From: an uncultured Planctomycetota bacterium
Lineage (GTDB): Bacteria; Planctomycetota; Planctomycetia; Pirellulales; Lacipirellulaceae
DNA length: 64,000 nt
Reading direction: 5' to 3'
Assembly: GCA_963719315.1 (NCBI GenBank)
Contig: CAVRBU010000002.1
Location: 2,016,001 to 2,080,000, forward strand
Shown here: piece by piece, positions 54,251 through 64,000 of the stretch
Layout of the letters: each line of letters starts with the position of its first letter
How positions within the stretch are numbered: position 1 is the first letter of the stretch
Position numbers and translations under genes: made by a program
The notes under the pieces: model-generated
The model's database searches: none
What the model saw: the letters and a program-made list of their open reading frames with translations, nothing else
What the model was told of the DNA's origin: nothing

Positions 54251-56434
54251 ATGGCCGCCACCACCACGCTTTCGCTGTCTTTCCCAGAAGCCGATATCGC
54301 CCTGCTCACGCTCGACGACCCGCAGTCGAGCGCGAACGTGATGTCGCGGCACGTGCTCGAGGCGCTCGAAAAGTACCTCAACGAGCTCGAGGGGCGTAAA
54401 AACCTGGCCGGCCTGGTGATCCGCTCGGCCAAGCCCGGCATGTTCATTGCCGGCGCCGATTTGAAGGAGTTCGCCACTTGGCTCGATGCTCCGAAGTCGG
54501 AGGTCGCCAGCTACTGCCGCCAAGGGCAGCAGCTTTTCGGCCGGCTGGCACGCGGTCATTGTGTCACGGTTGCGGCCATCGATGGCATCTGCGTGGGGGG
54601 CGGCGGCGAGTTCGCGATGTGGTGCGACCGGCGGATTTTTACGAGCAACGAAAAGACGGCCTTCGGTTTTCCCGAGGTGAAACTCGGCCTAATCCCCGGC
54701 TGGGGCGGCACCGCGCGTGCACCGCGAATGGTCGGGCTGTCGAATGCTATCGAACTGATCACGGGCGGAGAGACGATCGATCCACCCACGGCGGCGGCGA
54801 TGGGGTTGGCAAATGACGTGGTCGGGACGACCGGATCCGCCGGCGACGCCCTGCTCGCCGCTGCGATTCGCATGATTCGAGCCGAGCAAAAGTCGCAGGA
54901 TTTTCGCCGCGATCGCGATCGCTGGGCAGGTCCCATTTCTTCCATCAGCGAAACCGAACTTGGCTTTCTTGGGGCCACGGCGAGCGCCTACATCCAGCAG
55001 CAAACCAAGGGCAACTACCCCGCGCCGCTGGCCGCGCTGGAGGTCATGCTGGGCGCGGCCGGGCTTGATGTCGAAGCGGCCTGCCAGTTGGAGGCCGAAG
55101 AATTCGCGAAGCTCTTCGGCTCGCCGGTGAACCGCGCGCTATTGAACGTGTTCTTCCTCACCGATCGAAATAAGAAAGCAATTGCGGCAGGCGGCTCGCG
55201 GGACGCTGCGGCCACAAAAATCAAGATCACTTCAGCCGGCGTCGTCGGCGCCGGCGTGATGGGCCAAGGAATCGCCGCCGCGAACGTCCGGCGCAGCATC
55301 CCCGTCGCGCTGATGGACGCCGATCGGGCCGCACTCGCCCGGGGCGTGCAGGGAGTTTTGAGCGAAGTCGCGTACAACAAACAGATCAAAGGGCCCGACG
55401 TGAAGCGGGCCGTGGAACTCGCGCCGCTCGTGAACGGCACGACTTCAGACGCCGAGTTGTGCCAGGCAGATATCATCGTCGAAGCCATCATTGAAAAGCC
55501 TGACGCCAAGCAGCAATTGTACGCTCGTATTGAGCCGCTGATGACTGACGACGCCCTGCTTTGTTCCAACACGTCCACGATCCCAATCACGAAGTTGGCC
55601 AGCGGCCTCAAGCACCCCGAACGGTTTTGCGGCCTGCACTTTTTCAACCCCGTGCGACAAATGCCGCTAGTCGAAGTGATCCGTGGCCAGCAAACGAACG
55701 ATGCCACGATTGCCGCGGCGGCCGCGTACGCTCGCACGCTCGGCAAATCGCCAATCGTGATGAACGACGGCCCCGGCTTTCTGGTGAACCGGCTGTTGCT
55801 GCCCTATATGAACGAGGCCGCGGTCCTGTTGAGCGAGGGGGCCAGCATCAAAGACATCGAGCGGGCCGCTAAGTCGTTCGGTATGCCGATGGGGCCATTC
55901 ACGCTGTTCGACGTGGTGGGCATTGATGTCGCCGTTCACGCTGGCCGCACGATGGCCGCGGCGTTTCCTGAACGCGTGGTCGCCGCGCCACTTGTCGAAA
56001 AACTGTTCGAGCTCGGCCGCATCGGTCAGAAGGCCAGCAAGGGCTTCTTCGATTACGCGCCGGCCAAAGGCGGCAAGCCGCCGCGCGGCGCCGATAGCCC
56101 GGAAGTCGCCAAACTGATCGAAGCCGGCCGCACCGGTGCACCGCGAAAGTTGTCGCAAGAAGAGCTGACCGATCGGCTGTTCCTGCCGATGCTCGTCGAA
56201 GCGACGCGAATTCTGGAAGACAAAATTGTGACAGATGTCCGCGATGTGGACCTGGGCCTGATTCTGGGAATCGGATTTCCACCCTTCCGCGGAGGCCTGT
56301 TCTTCTGGGCCGACCAGATCGGCTCGGCGAAGATTCTCGAAAAACTAAAGCAATACGCACCACTCGGCAATCGCTACGAACCCACGGCGGTGCTGACCAA
56401 ACTCGCCGAAACCAATTCCAATTTCTACCATTAG
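54251..56434 (+). CDS. fadJ: Fatty-acid oxidation complex alpha subunit (enoyl-CoA hydratase/3-hydroxyacyl-CoA dehydrogenase)
   Basis: FIAGADL, PEVKLGLIPGWGG, GAGVMGQGIA, SNTSTIPI, HFFNP, GFLVNR. Confidence 0.9.
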   Translation: MAATTTLSLSFPEADIALLTLDDPQSSANVMSRHVLEALEKYLNELEGRKNLAGLVIRSAKPGMFIAGADLKEFATWLDAPKSEVASYCRQGQQLFGRLARGHCVTVAAIDGICVGGGGEFAMWCDRRIFTSNEKTAFGFPEVKLGLIPGWGGTARAPRMVGLSNAIELITGGETIDPPTAAAMGLANDVVGTTGSAGDALLAAAIRMIRAEQKSQDFRRDRDRWAGPISSISETELGFLGATASAYIQQQTKGNYPAPLAALEVMLGAAGLDVEAACQLEAEEFAKLFGSPVNRALLNVFFLTDRNKKAIAAGGSRDAAATKIKITSAGVVGAGVMGQGIAAANVRRSIPVALMDADRAALARGVQGVLSEVAYNKQIKGPDVKRAVELAPLVNGTTSDAELCQADIIVEAIIEKPDAKQQLYARIEPLMTDDALLCSNTSTIPITKLASGLKHPERFCGLHFFNPVRQMPLVEVIRGQQTNDATIAAAAAYARTLGKSPIVMNDGPGFLVNRLLLPYMNEAAVLLSEGASIKDIERAAKSFGMPMGPFTLFDVVGIDVAVHAGRTMAAAFPERVVAAPLVEKLFELGRIGQKASKGFFDYAPAKGGKPPRGADSPEVAKLIEAGRTGAPRKLSQEELTDRLFLPMLVEATRILEDKIVTDVRDVDLGLILGIGFPPFRGGLFFWADQIGSAKILEKLKQYAPLGNRYEPTAVLTKLAETNSNFYH

Positions 56435-56523
56435 GAAGGATTGAGGATACGGGATGCCAGGGAGCAGCGTAATTGAATACTTGTCTTTTCCCTCTCTCCT
56501 GTATCCCGAATCCTGAATCCTCG
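56435..56523. repeat. Heptamer-type inverted micro-repeats between fadJ and fadA
   Basis: GGATTGAGGATACGGGATGCCAGG ... CCTGTATCCCGAATCCTGAATCC. Confidence 0.6.
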
Positions 56524-56525
56524 CT

Positions 56526-57683
56526 ATGAAAACCGCCGTTGTAGTTGAAGCTTGTCGCACGCCGGTTGGCCGGGCTCATGCGGAGAAGGGCGTCTTTCGC
56601 GACGTCCGTTCTGACGACCTCGCAGTGGCTGTGGTCCGCGCGATCGTCGAGCGCAGCGGCATCGACCCGGCGGCAATTGAAGACGTCGTTCTCGGAAACA
56701 CGCAGCAGCAGCGCGAGCAGGGTTTTAATGTGGCCCGATCCGTCGGATTAATGGCGGGGCTGCCGGTCGAGGCGGGCGGCGCGACCGTCAACCGCTTGTG
56801 CGGCAGCAGCTTGCAGGCGCTCGCCCAGGCGTCGCATGCGATCCTGGCCGAAGCGGAGGACGTGCAGATCGTCGGCGGCTTGGAGCACATGCACCACATT
56901 CCGATGGATGCGGGCATCGACCTCAATCCGAAGCTGTTCACGCGTACCAGCAAAGGCGCACTGATGATGGGCATCACCGCCGAGTTCCTGGCCCAATCGC
57001 AAGGCATCTCGCGCGAGACGCAGGACCGATTCGCGTTGGCCAGCCATCAAAAAGCCGCGGCGGCAACGACGTCCGGAGAATTCGCCGCCGAGATCGTCCC
57101 CATCTGGGGCCGCGACGAATCCGGCGACCGCACGCTCATCGAACGCGATCAATGCATTCGATTCGACGCGAGTATGGAAGCGCTGGCCGCACTGCAACCC
57201 GCGTTCATGCCCGGGATGGGCACGGTGACGGCCGGCAATAGTTCTCCGCTCAACGATGGCGCCGCCGCATTGCTCATCATGAGCGAAGAGAGCGCCAAGT
57301 CACTCGGCCTCACGCCGCTCGTGAAGGTCCGCGCGACGGCTGTAGCCGGCGTCGATCCGGCCGTGATGGGCACCGGCCCCGTTCCAGCCACGCAAAAAGC
57401 GCTCAAACGAGCCGGCTTGAAATTCGGCGATATCGACCTCGTGGAACTCAACGAAGCATTCGCGGCCCAGGCGATCGCCTGCATCCAAATGCTCAAAATG
57501 GATGAAGCCAAAGTGAACGTCCGCGGCGGAGCGATCGCCATCGGCCACCCACTCGGCGCCTCCGGCGCCCGCATCGCGACAACGCTCATCCACGCGATGC
57601 GCGACCGCAACGCCACGCTCGGCCTGGCCACTATGTGTATCGGCGTAGGTCAGGGGATTGCCGTCGTCTTCGAGAGGGTGTGA
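56526..57683 (+). CDS. fadA: 3-ketoacyl-CoA thiolase
   Basis: NRLCGSS, NEAFA, GHPLGASG, MCIGVGQG. Confidence 0.93.
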   Translation: MKTAVVVEACRTPVGRAHAEKGVFRDVRSDDLAVAVVRAIVERSGIDPAAIEDVVLGNTQQQREQGFNVARSVGLMAGLPVEAGGATVNRLCGSSLQALAQASHAILAEAEDVQIVGGLEHMHHIPMDAGIDLNPKLFTRTSKGALMMGITAEFLAQSQGISRETQDRFALASHQKAAAATTSGEFAAEIVPIWGRDESGDRTLIERDQCIRFDASMEALAALQPAFMPGMGTVTAGNSSPLNDGAAALLIMSEESAKSLGLTPLVKVRATAVAGVDPAVMGTGPVPATQKALKRAGLKFGDIDLVELNEAFAAQAIACIQMLKMDEAKVNVRGGAIAIGHPLGASGARIATTLIHAMRDRNATLGLATMCIGVGQGIAVVFERV

Positions 57684-57703
57684 TGACTAGGCTCCGAATT
57701 CCG

Positions 57704-58027
57704 TCACGCTGGTTTACGGCGGCGTCGAATGGGTGTCATCGAGAGATCGAGTCTTCGTCCCAGCGCTGCGGCAATCCGCTGGAGCATCGATAGCGAGTGA
57801 CCCTCGTAGTCGGCGTCCTCTAGCCGGGCGATGACCTGCTGCTTGGTGCCGATTAGCTCGGCAAGTTGCTTTTGAGTGAGACGGGCCTTGTGGCGAGAGT
57901 CGTAAATCATTTGCGCTACGCGCAAATTGAGCTTTTCCTCTTCGATTTGCGCCCGCAGTTCCGGCGTGTCGCCCAGCATTCGAATGGCGATTTCCACTGC
58001 GTCGGTAATCGCTTTCTTCTTAGCCAT
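57704..58027 (-). CDS. XRE-family HTH antitoxin (HigA-like)
   Basis: LTQKQLAELIGTKQQVIARLE..SLSMLQRIAAALG. Confidence 0.85.
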   Translation of the reverse strand: MAKKKAITDAVEIAIRMLGDTPELRAQIEEEKLNLRVAQMIYDSRHKARLTQKQLAELIGTKQQVIARLEDADYEGHSLSMLQRIAAALGRRLDLSMTPIRRRRKPA

Positions 58028-58418
58028 TGGTAGTCTCCTGGCGATGCGTGTGGAGTGTCGGATTCTTCTTGAATTGCTCCATTCGAGAAATAACCCGATC
58101 GATTTCCTTGGGTGGAACTGCGCCTTTCTTCGTTAGGCCGTGAGCCAGCACGATGACATTGCGACCATGATAGAAATACAAAACACGATGCTGCGAACGG
58201 CCCGTTCGTATCCGTAACTCATAAACGCCGTCCCGCAGGAAATCGGCAATGGGTCGTCGCAGTTCATGACCAAACTGACGCAGCAAATCGATTTGCGCGA
58301 TGCATTTGCTTACGGCGCACCGATCGCGTCGCCCTAGCTCCAGCAGCCAATCCAGCGCCGGCACTGACCCATCGGTGTCACAAAAGTAAACGACGACGGA
58401 GATAGGCGTACAATCCAT
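58020..58418 (-). CDS. RelE/HigB-like toxin (Gp49-like), upstream of its antitoxin
   Basis: GHELRRPIADFLRDGVYELR..RVLYF..LAHGLTKK. Confidence 0.85.
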   Translation of the reverse strand: MDCTPISVVVYFCDTDGSVPALDWLLELGRRDRCAVSKCIAQIDLLRQFGHELRRPIADFLRDGVYELRIRTGRSQHRVLYFYHGRNVIVLAHGLTKKGAVPPKEIDRVISRMEQFKKNPTLHTHRQETTNG

Positions 58419-58446
58419 TATACAACAATATTGTTGTTCATGTCAA
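58417..58446 (-). promoter_or_regulatory. Consensus sigma-70 promoter with palindromic operator in the spacer
   Basis: TTGACA (58446-58441) N18 TATAAT (58422-58417); perfect palindrome ACAACAATATTGTTGT at 58422-58437. Confidence 0.8.
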
Positions 58447-58700
58447 TTGCGAGTGCGCGTGGGGGCGCAATTCAACTGGTAATGTCTTGACCCTATCCCC
58501 CCACCGCCTTAGAGTAAGCAGTAGCAGCAGGTGAGAGTCGCGGCGGAGTAGCCCGCGCAGGTCGGTGGCGCGAGACGCAGTCGTACGATTCTTTTCTCTT
58601 TCATTCGGCCGTCGTCGATCGCTTGCTGGCGGAAGCAGAGTCCGGGTGGAATTAAGGCCCTCTTTAGCGGGCGCGAATCACGAGGCGGGAGGCTCTCATC

Positions 58701-59273
58701 ATGCAATTTGGCAAATCACTCGTGGGCGCGATCATCGGCGCCGCCGTGGGCATTGGGTTGTTGCTCGCCGTCTACCTGACGCTCGGCATCGACAAAATAT
58801 GGTTGTCGATTCCGTTTGCGATCATCACCGGCTTAGGCGTGAGAATGCTCGTCAGTACGTCGGGCCACGCCAGTTATGTGCGCGGGGCTTTGACCATGCT
58901 GATTGCCTTGGCGGCCTACATCGGCGGTTGGCTCCTCGTGGCAAAGGTTGCCACGGCTCGCGCCAACGCGCCGAGCCCCAATCCGGCCGCCGCGGCGGGC
59001 GATGCCGAAGCTCAGGATGGCGAGACGAAGGACGCCGAAGGCGCGGAGAAAACCGATCCGGTTGCACAGCCAAAAGTGATCGAGCGAGCAAGTGAAGCCG
59101 GAATACCGCGAGCCGCTGCGCCCAAACCAACGAATTACAGCCCGGCGGATATGATCTTCCTGGCGATCGCGGCGCTGGTGGCGTATGAATTGGGCCGCGG
59201 CTCGGGGATGGCCAAAAATACAGCCGGTCAACCCGGCCAGCCGTTGCCGGCCGATTCACATCCGGATGCTTGA
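58701..59273 (+). CDS. Hypothetical membrane protein (~4 TM)
   Basis: Hydrophobic segments; RBS GGAGG. Confidence 0.7.
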   Translation: MQFGKSLVGAIIGAAVGIGLLLAVYLTLGIDKIWLSIPFAIITGLGVRMLVSTSGHASYVRGALTMLIALAAYIGGWLLVAKVATARANAPSPNPAAAAGDAEAQDGETKDAEGAEKTDPVAQPKVIERASEAGIPRAAAPKPTNYSPADMIFLAIAALVAYELGRGSGMAKNTAGQPGQPLPADSHPDA

Positions 59274-59438
59274 TCGCACCGAGGCGCAACTGAGTATTCG
59301 CACGTTGGCCGCACTACGGATTCAGCAAGCTGGCCGTCGGTGGAGTGGGCAGCGATGCCACTAAGCCCGTAAGCCCGCATCGCACGCGCGACGCAACTCG
59401 ACTTGTGTGCCGGACAACGCGCCCGCCGGCGCCAACCA

Positions 59439-60685
59439 TTAGCTCATCATGATATTGGCCACGCAGGCGTTGATGAATGCGACCAGCGTGCCACCGAGCA
59501 TCGCTCGCAGACCAAGCCTTGCCAAGTCGCCGCGCCGTTCGGCGCGATGCCGCCGATCCCACCGAGTTGAATGCCGATTGAGCTAAAGTTGGCAAATCCA
59601 CACAGGGCATACGTCATGATTTGCCGCGTCCGTTCGCTGATTTCAACCGCGCTGCCCGGCTTGGCCCACTCCGACAATTGGCCGTAAGCGATGAACTCGT
59701 TGGCCGCCATCTTCAGCCCCAGCAACTCGCCGGCCGGCGCGCAGTCTTTCCACTCAATCCCCATCAACCACGCAATGGGCTGAAAAATCCATCCGAGCGC
59801 GGCATTCAGCGACCAAACGTATTGAATCTTCTCTCCCTCCCCCGTCACAAACCCGAACTGCGCGCCCAGCCAGCCCAGGATCAAATTGACTAAGGCGATC
59901 AGAGCCAGGAACACGATCAACATCGCCCCCACGTTGAGCGCCAGCTGCAAGCCGCCGACGGCCCCGTTGGAAATTGCCTCAAGCACGTTGGCGCTGGGAT
60001 CTTTCACGTCGAGCTTCACGTGGCCGAGCGTCTTGGGTTCGTCGACTTCGGGCTGAAGAATTTTGGCGATCATCAGGCCGGCCGGCGCCGCCATGACCGA
60101 AGCGCTCAACAAGTTCTTTGCGCTGATTCCCATCTCGACATAGGCGGCCAACACGCCGCCCGCCATCGTGGCAAAGCCGCCGATCATGATCGCGTTCAAC
60201 TCGGAAATCGTCATGCTGGCAATGTAGGGCCGAATTACGAGCGGCGCCTCCGTCTGGCCGACGAAGATGTTGGCCGCTGCCGACAGCGTCTCCGCCCCGC
60301 TCGTGCCGAGCGTGAGTTGCATCAGGCGCGCAAACAGGCTCACGATGAACTGCATCACCCCGTAGTAATAGAAGATCGACATGAACGCCGAAAAGAAAAT
60401 GATCGTCGGCAGCACTTTGAACGCAAAGAAGTGCTCGGCATAGCCCGGCCCGAATACGAATTCGGATCCTGCACTGACGCAGGACAACAGCGTCGTGAAC
60501 GCCTTATCCAGGAGATCAAAGAAATCGCTGCCGTAGGTTGTCTGCAGGATGATTGCGGCAAAGGTGAATTGCAGCGCGAGACCGCCCACGATGATCCGCG
60601 GACTGACGCGACGCTTGTGCGAGCTCATGAGCCACGCTAAACCAATGAACACCAGGATGCCGAGAACGCTGATGAGGCGATGCAT
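59439..60685 (-). CDS. nupC: Concentrative nucleoside transporter (CNT); frameshift ~59540
   Basis: FAFKVLPTIIFFS, GQTEAPL, NEFIAY, ALCGFANFSSIGI; shifted frame gives RRGDLARLGLRAMLGGTL. Confidence 0.9.
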
Positions 60686-60897
60686 GCGAGTGCGTCAATA
60701 AATAAGTGTGGGAGATGCGTAACTTGGCAGAGAAGTGAAAGCGTTTGGAAAACTGATAGTAGCTCGCCGCTCTATCAGCGTCTATAACGGATTTGTAGGA
60801 GGCGCTTTCCCCGCCACTCCTAGTTGGCACAATGGTCAGCCGCGCCTTCCGGCTTCTGCCCGAAGGTACCCTCTTGCGGAAACGTGCTCAGCGGCGC

Positions 60898-63490
60898 TCA
60901 CTTCAGCACACCGCGAAGAAATTGCCCCGTGTAACTCGCTTCGCAAGCCGCGATCTCTTCCGGCGTGCCGGCCGCCACGATTCGCCCGCCGCCCGCGCCG
61001 CCTTCGGGACCGAGGTCGATTACCCAATCGGCCGTTTTGACCACATCCAAATTGTGTTCGATCACCAGCATCGAATTGTTCTGGTCCACGAGCCCGTTGA
61101 GCACCACGAGCAGCCGGCGGATGTCGTCGCTGTGCAGGCCGGTCGTGGGTTCATCCAGGATGTAGAGCGTATGCCCCGAACTCGGTCGGGCCAATTCCGT
61201 CGCCAGCTTGATGCGTTGGGCCTCGCCGCCGGAGAGCGTTGTGGAGGGCTGCCCCAACGTGAGGTAGCCCAAGCCAACGTCGACGAGCGTAGTCAACACG
61301 CGGTGGATCGAAGCGTGATTCGCAAAGAACTCAGCGGCCTCGCGAATGTTCATCGCCAGCACATCGGCAATCGATCGCTCCCGATAGCGAACGGCAAGCG
61401 TTTGGCGATTGAACCGCGCCCCGTGACACACGGGACAGGTCACCTCCAGATCGGGCAGGAAATTCATCGCCACGCGGCGGACGCCCTGTCCGTCGCATTC
61501 ACTGCACCGTCCACCCTTGGCATTGAAACTAAACCGGCCCGGGCCGTAACCCCGTTGCCGCGCCTGCTTGGTGCCGGCGAACACGCGACGGATCTCGTCC
61601 CACACAGCGGTATACGTGGCCGGGTTGCTCCGCGGCGTGCGGCCGATCGGCGACTGATCGACTTCCACCAGCCGCTCGAGCTGATTCACGCCGCGCAAAC
61701 CGCGGTGGGGCGCCGGACGCGCCTCGGCGCCGTTCAGTTTACGCGCCAGCGATCGGGCCAGCGTATCGACCACGAGTGAACTCTTGCCGGAGCCGCTGAC
61801 GCCCGTGATGCAGACGAACAGGCCGAGCGGGATTTCCACATCGACATCCTGCAAGTTGTTCGCCGTTGCGCCGCTGAGTTGCAGTACGCGCGATTTCACG
61901 AGCGGCCGCCGCTTGGTGGGCACCGGAATTCCTTGCCGGCCCGATAGATACGCACCGGTCAGCGAGGCTTCGAGCCTGCCGACAGCGGCGGGTGTTCCGT
62001 GAGCCACGATGCGCCCACCCAGGTGCCCGGCGCCCGGGCCGATGTCGATCAAATGATCGCTGGAGCGCATCGAGCGCCTCATCGTGCTCGACGACGACGA
62101 CGGTGTTGCCTTGCTGTTGCAAATCGCGAAGGGCGGAAATGAGACGATCGTTGTCGCGTGGATGGAGGCCAATCGACGGTTCGTCGAGCAGATACAGCAC
62201 GCCCACGAGTCCCGATCCGATTCCGGTCGCCAGCCGCACGCGTTGCCGTTCACCCCCGCTGAGCGTGTCGGCGGTGCGGTCGAGCGTAAGGTACTCGGTG
62301 CCCACGCGGTCGAGGAACGCGAGCCGCCGCACGATTTCCGCCACGATCGGTTCACCGACGGGCCGCTGGTCGTCGGCGAACGTGAGCTCGCGAAAGAACT
62401 TGATGGCCTCGGTGATCGAGAGGGCCGTGATCTCCTGGATCGCTAGGCCGCCGAGGCGACAAGCGCGAGCCTCGGGCCGCAATCGAGTGCCACCGCAATC
62501 GGGGCAGACGTGTGCAAAATCAACGACGGGTGGCTGGAGTCGAGTCGCAGACGAGCGCCCAGCGGCGCTGCGAGCTGGAGGCTCACTTCGTTCGATCCCA
62601 GCCACCCCTTCCGCAGCTACCGTTCCTAATCCGTGGCACGTCGGGCAGGCGCCGTACGGGCTATTGAAACTGAACGTCCGCGGCTCGATTTCGCCGATGC
62701 TCGTTTGGCACCGCGGGCATGCGTAGCGGGTGTTCAGCAGCCGCTCCTGCCAAGCCCCGTCGGCCACGCCCTTGATTTGATACACAATCGTGACGACGCC
62801 CTCGCCATGCCGGGCCGCTAGCCGCACCGATTCACCCAGTCGGGCGTCGATGCCGTCGCGAATCACGAGTCGATCGACGACGGCTTCGATGTCGTGCAAC
62901 TTTTGCGGGGCCAGCTTGGGGATTTCATCGAGCGGATACGTGGTTCCGTCGATGCGTGCCCGCACGAAGCCGGCTTTTTGGATCGCTTCGATCGCGTCGC
63001 GATGGCCGCCTTTCCGGCCACGGACCAGCGGGGCCATGAGCATGACCTTCGTTTCGGGCGGCAAGCTGCGAACCGTCTGTTCGATCTCGGCCAGCGTCTG
63101 CTGCACGATCGGCGTGCCGCACGCGGGACACAACACCGCGCCGACGCGGGCCATCAACAGCCGCAAATAGTCGTACACCTCCGTAATCGTGCCGACCGTG
63201 CTCCGCGGATTCGGCGCAGCCGGCTTCTGGTCGATCGCGATCGTAGGTTGCAGACCGTCGATGCGATCGACATCTGGCCGCTCCATCAGCTCGAAAAACT
63301 GCCGCGCGTAGAGCGACAGGCTTTGCACGTACTGCCGCTGTCCCTCGGCCAACAGCGTGTCGAACGCCAGCGAACTTTTGCCCGATCCACTCACACCCGT
63401 GATTACCACGAGCCGATTGCGGGGAATATTCACATCGACATCGTGCAGATTGTGCGTCCGAGCGCCGCGGACCTGAATGGCATCGGGCAT
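60898..63490 (-). CDS. uvrA: Excinuclease ABC subunit A lacking the insertion domain; frameshift ~62070
   Basis: GARTHNL, two [29 protein letters not shown], zinc modules. Confidence 0.92.
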
Positions 63491-63495
63491 GGTGT

Positions 63496-63975
63496 TTAAT
63501 ACCGCGCGCCGCTATTGCGCATATGAACCATCGGCTTGGCATCCGCCTCGATCATTTTTCCGCGCACGACTTTGGCCAGGAAGACGCGGTGGTCGCCCGA
63601 ATCGGCGTGGCCGGCTGGTTCACACTCCAGGTGGCCGAGCGAATCCTTGAGAATCGGCACGCCGCGGGCGCAGTGCAAGATTTCCAGTCCCTCGAACGCT
63701 GGCTCGCCCGGCTCGAAGCCTTTGTAGAAATGCCGCAGCAACTCTTTCTGCCCTTCGCGGACCAGATTGAGCACGAACGGTTGGCCCTCGGTCAGCCAAT
63801 CGCACACATAACGCCCGAGCTTGACGGCGACGCTCACCATCGGTGGCTCGAACCCGGCTTGCATCACCCAACTGGCAAGCATGCCCGTGGCCCGCGGTCC
63901 GGTGCCCACGCTCAAAATAAAAATGCCGCTCGGCACTTGGCCGAGAACGCGGTCAAACGATTTTGTGGTGCTCAT
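63496..63975 (-). CDS. Flavin reductase family protein
   Basis: ASWVMQAGFEPPMVSVAV, GDHRVF. Confidence 0.88.
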   Translation of the reverse strand: MSTTKSFDRVLGQVPSGIFILSVGTGPRATGMLASWVMQAGFEPPMVSVAVKLGRYVCDWLTEGQPFVLNLVREGQKELLRHFYKGFEPGEPAFEGLEILHCARGVPILKDSLGHLECEPAGHADSGDHRVFLAKVVRGKMIEADAKPMVHMRNSGARY

Positions 63976-64000
63976 CGTGGGAACCTATTGAGCGAGTGGG

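Noticed and set aside
60898..63490. Split uvrA, programmed frameshift or pseudogene
   Set aside because: A single indel with no slippery site, in a window with many similar indels.

Overview
GC-rich chromosomal segment that looks planctomycetal (Pirellulales/Lacipirellulaceae-like). This is inferred from gene content and style: PEP-CTERM proteins, large prepilin-type proteins, a DUF11/OmcB-like protein, Cys-rich lipoproteins and heptamer micro-repeats. Housekeeping genes include moeA, trpG/pabA, lepA, a phosphomutase, uvrC, uvrA, fadJ/fadA and nupC. The window also holds an arsR-aquaporin-arsC-arsM arsenic operon, an ECF sigma/anti-sigma pair, two clear toxin-antitoxin modules and one putative one. 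The dominant feature is a ~20 kb type IV filament locus (21024-41089): pilB1, pilT, pilB2, pilC, four large pilin-like genes and a ~8 kb PilX-like gene. All five pilin-like genes have prepilin leaders built from tandem 7-bp repeats, several with complementary arms at or around the start codon. Downstream lie a TlpA thioredoxin, a secreted transglutaminase, a Cys/Pro/Gln-rich lipoprotein and an OmcB-like DUF11 protein. The lipoprotein has a paralog ~36 kb away that shares an upstream motif, and together these suggest an envelope cross-linking system. Many genes, including conserved ones, carry frameshifts, densest at 34.6-40.9 kb, so these are most likely assembly errors. No rRNA, tRNA, CRISPR array or transposase was recognised. 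All calls are by eye, with no database search.
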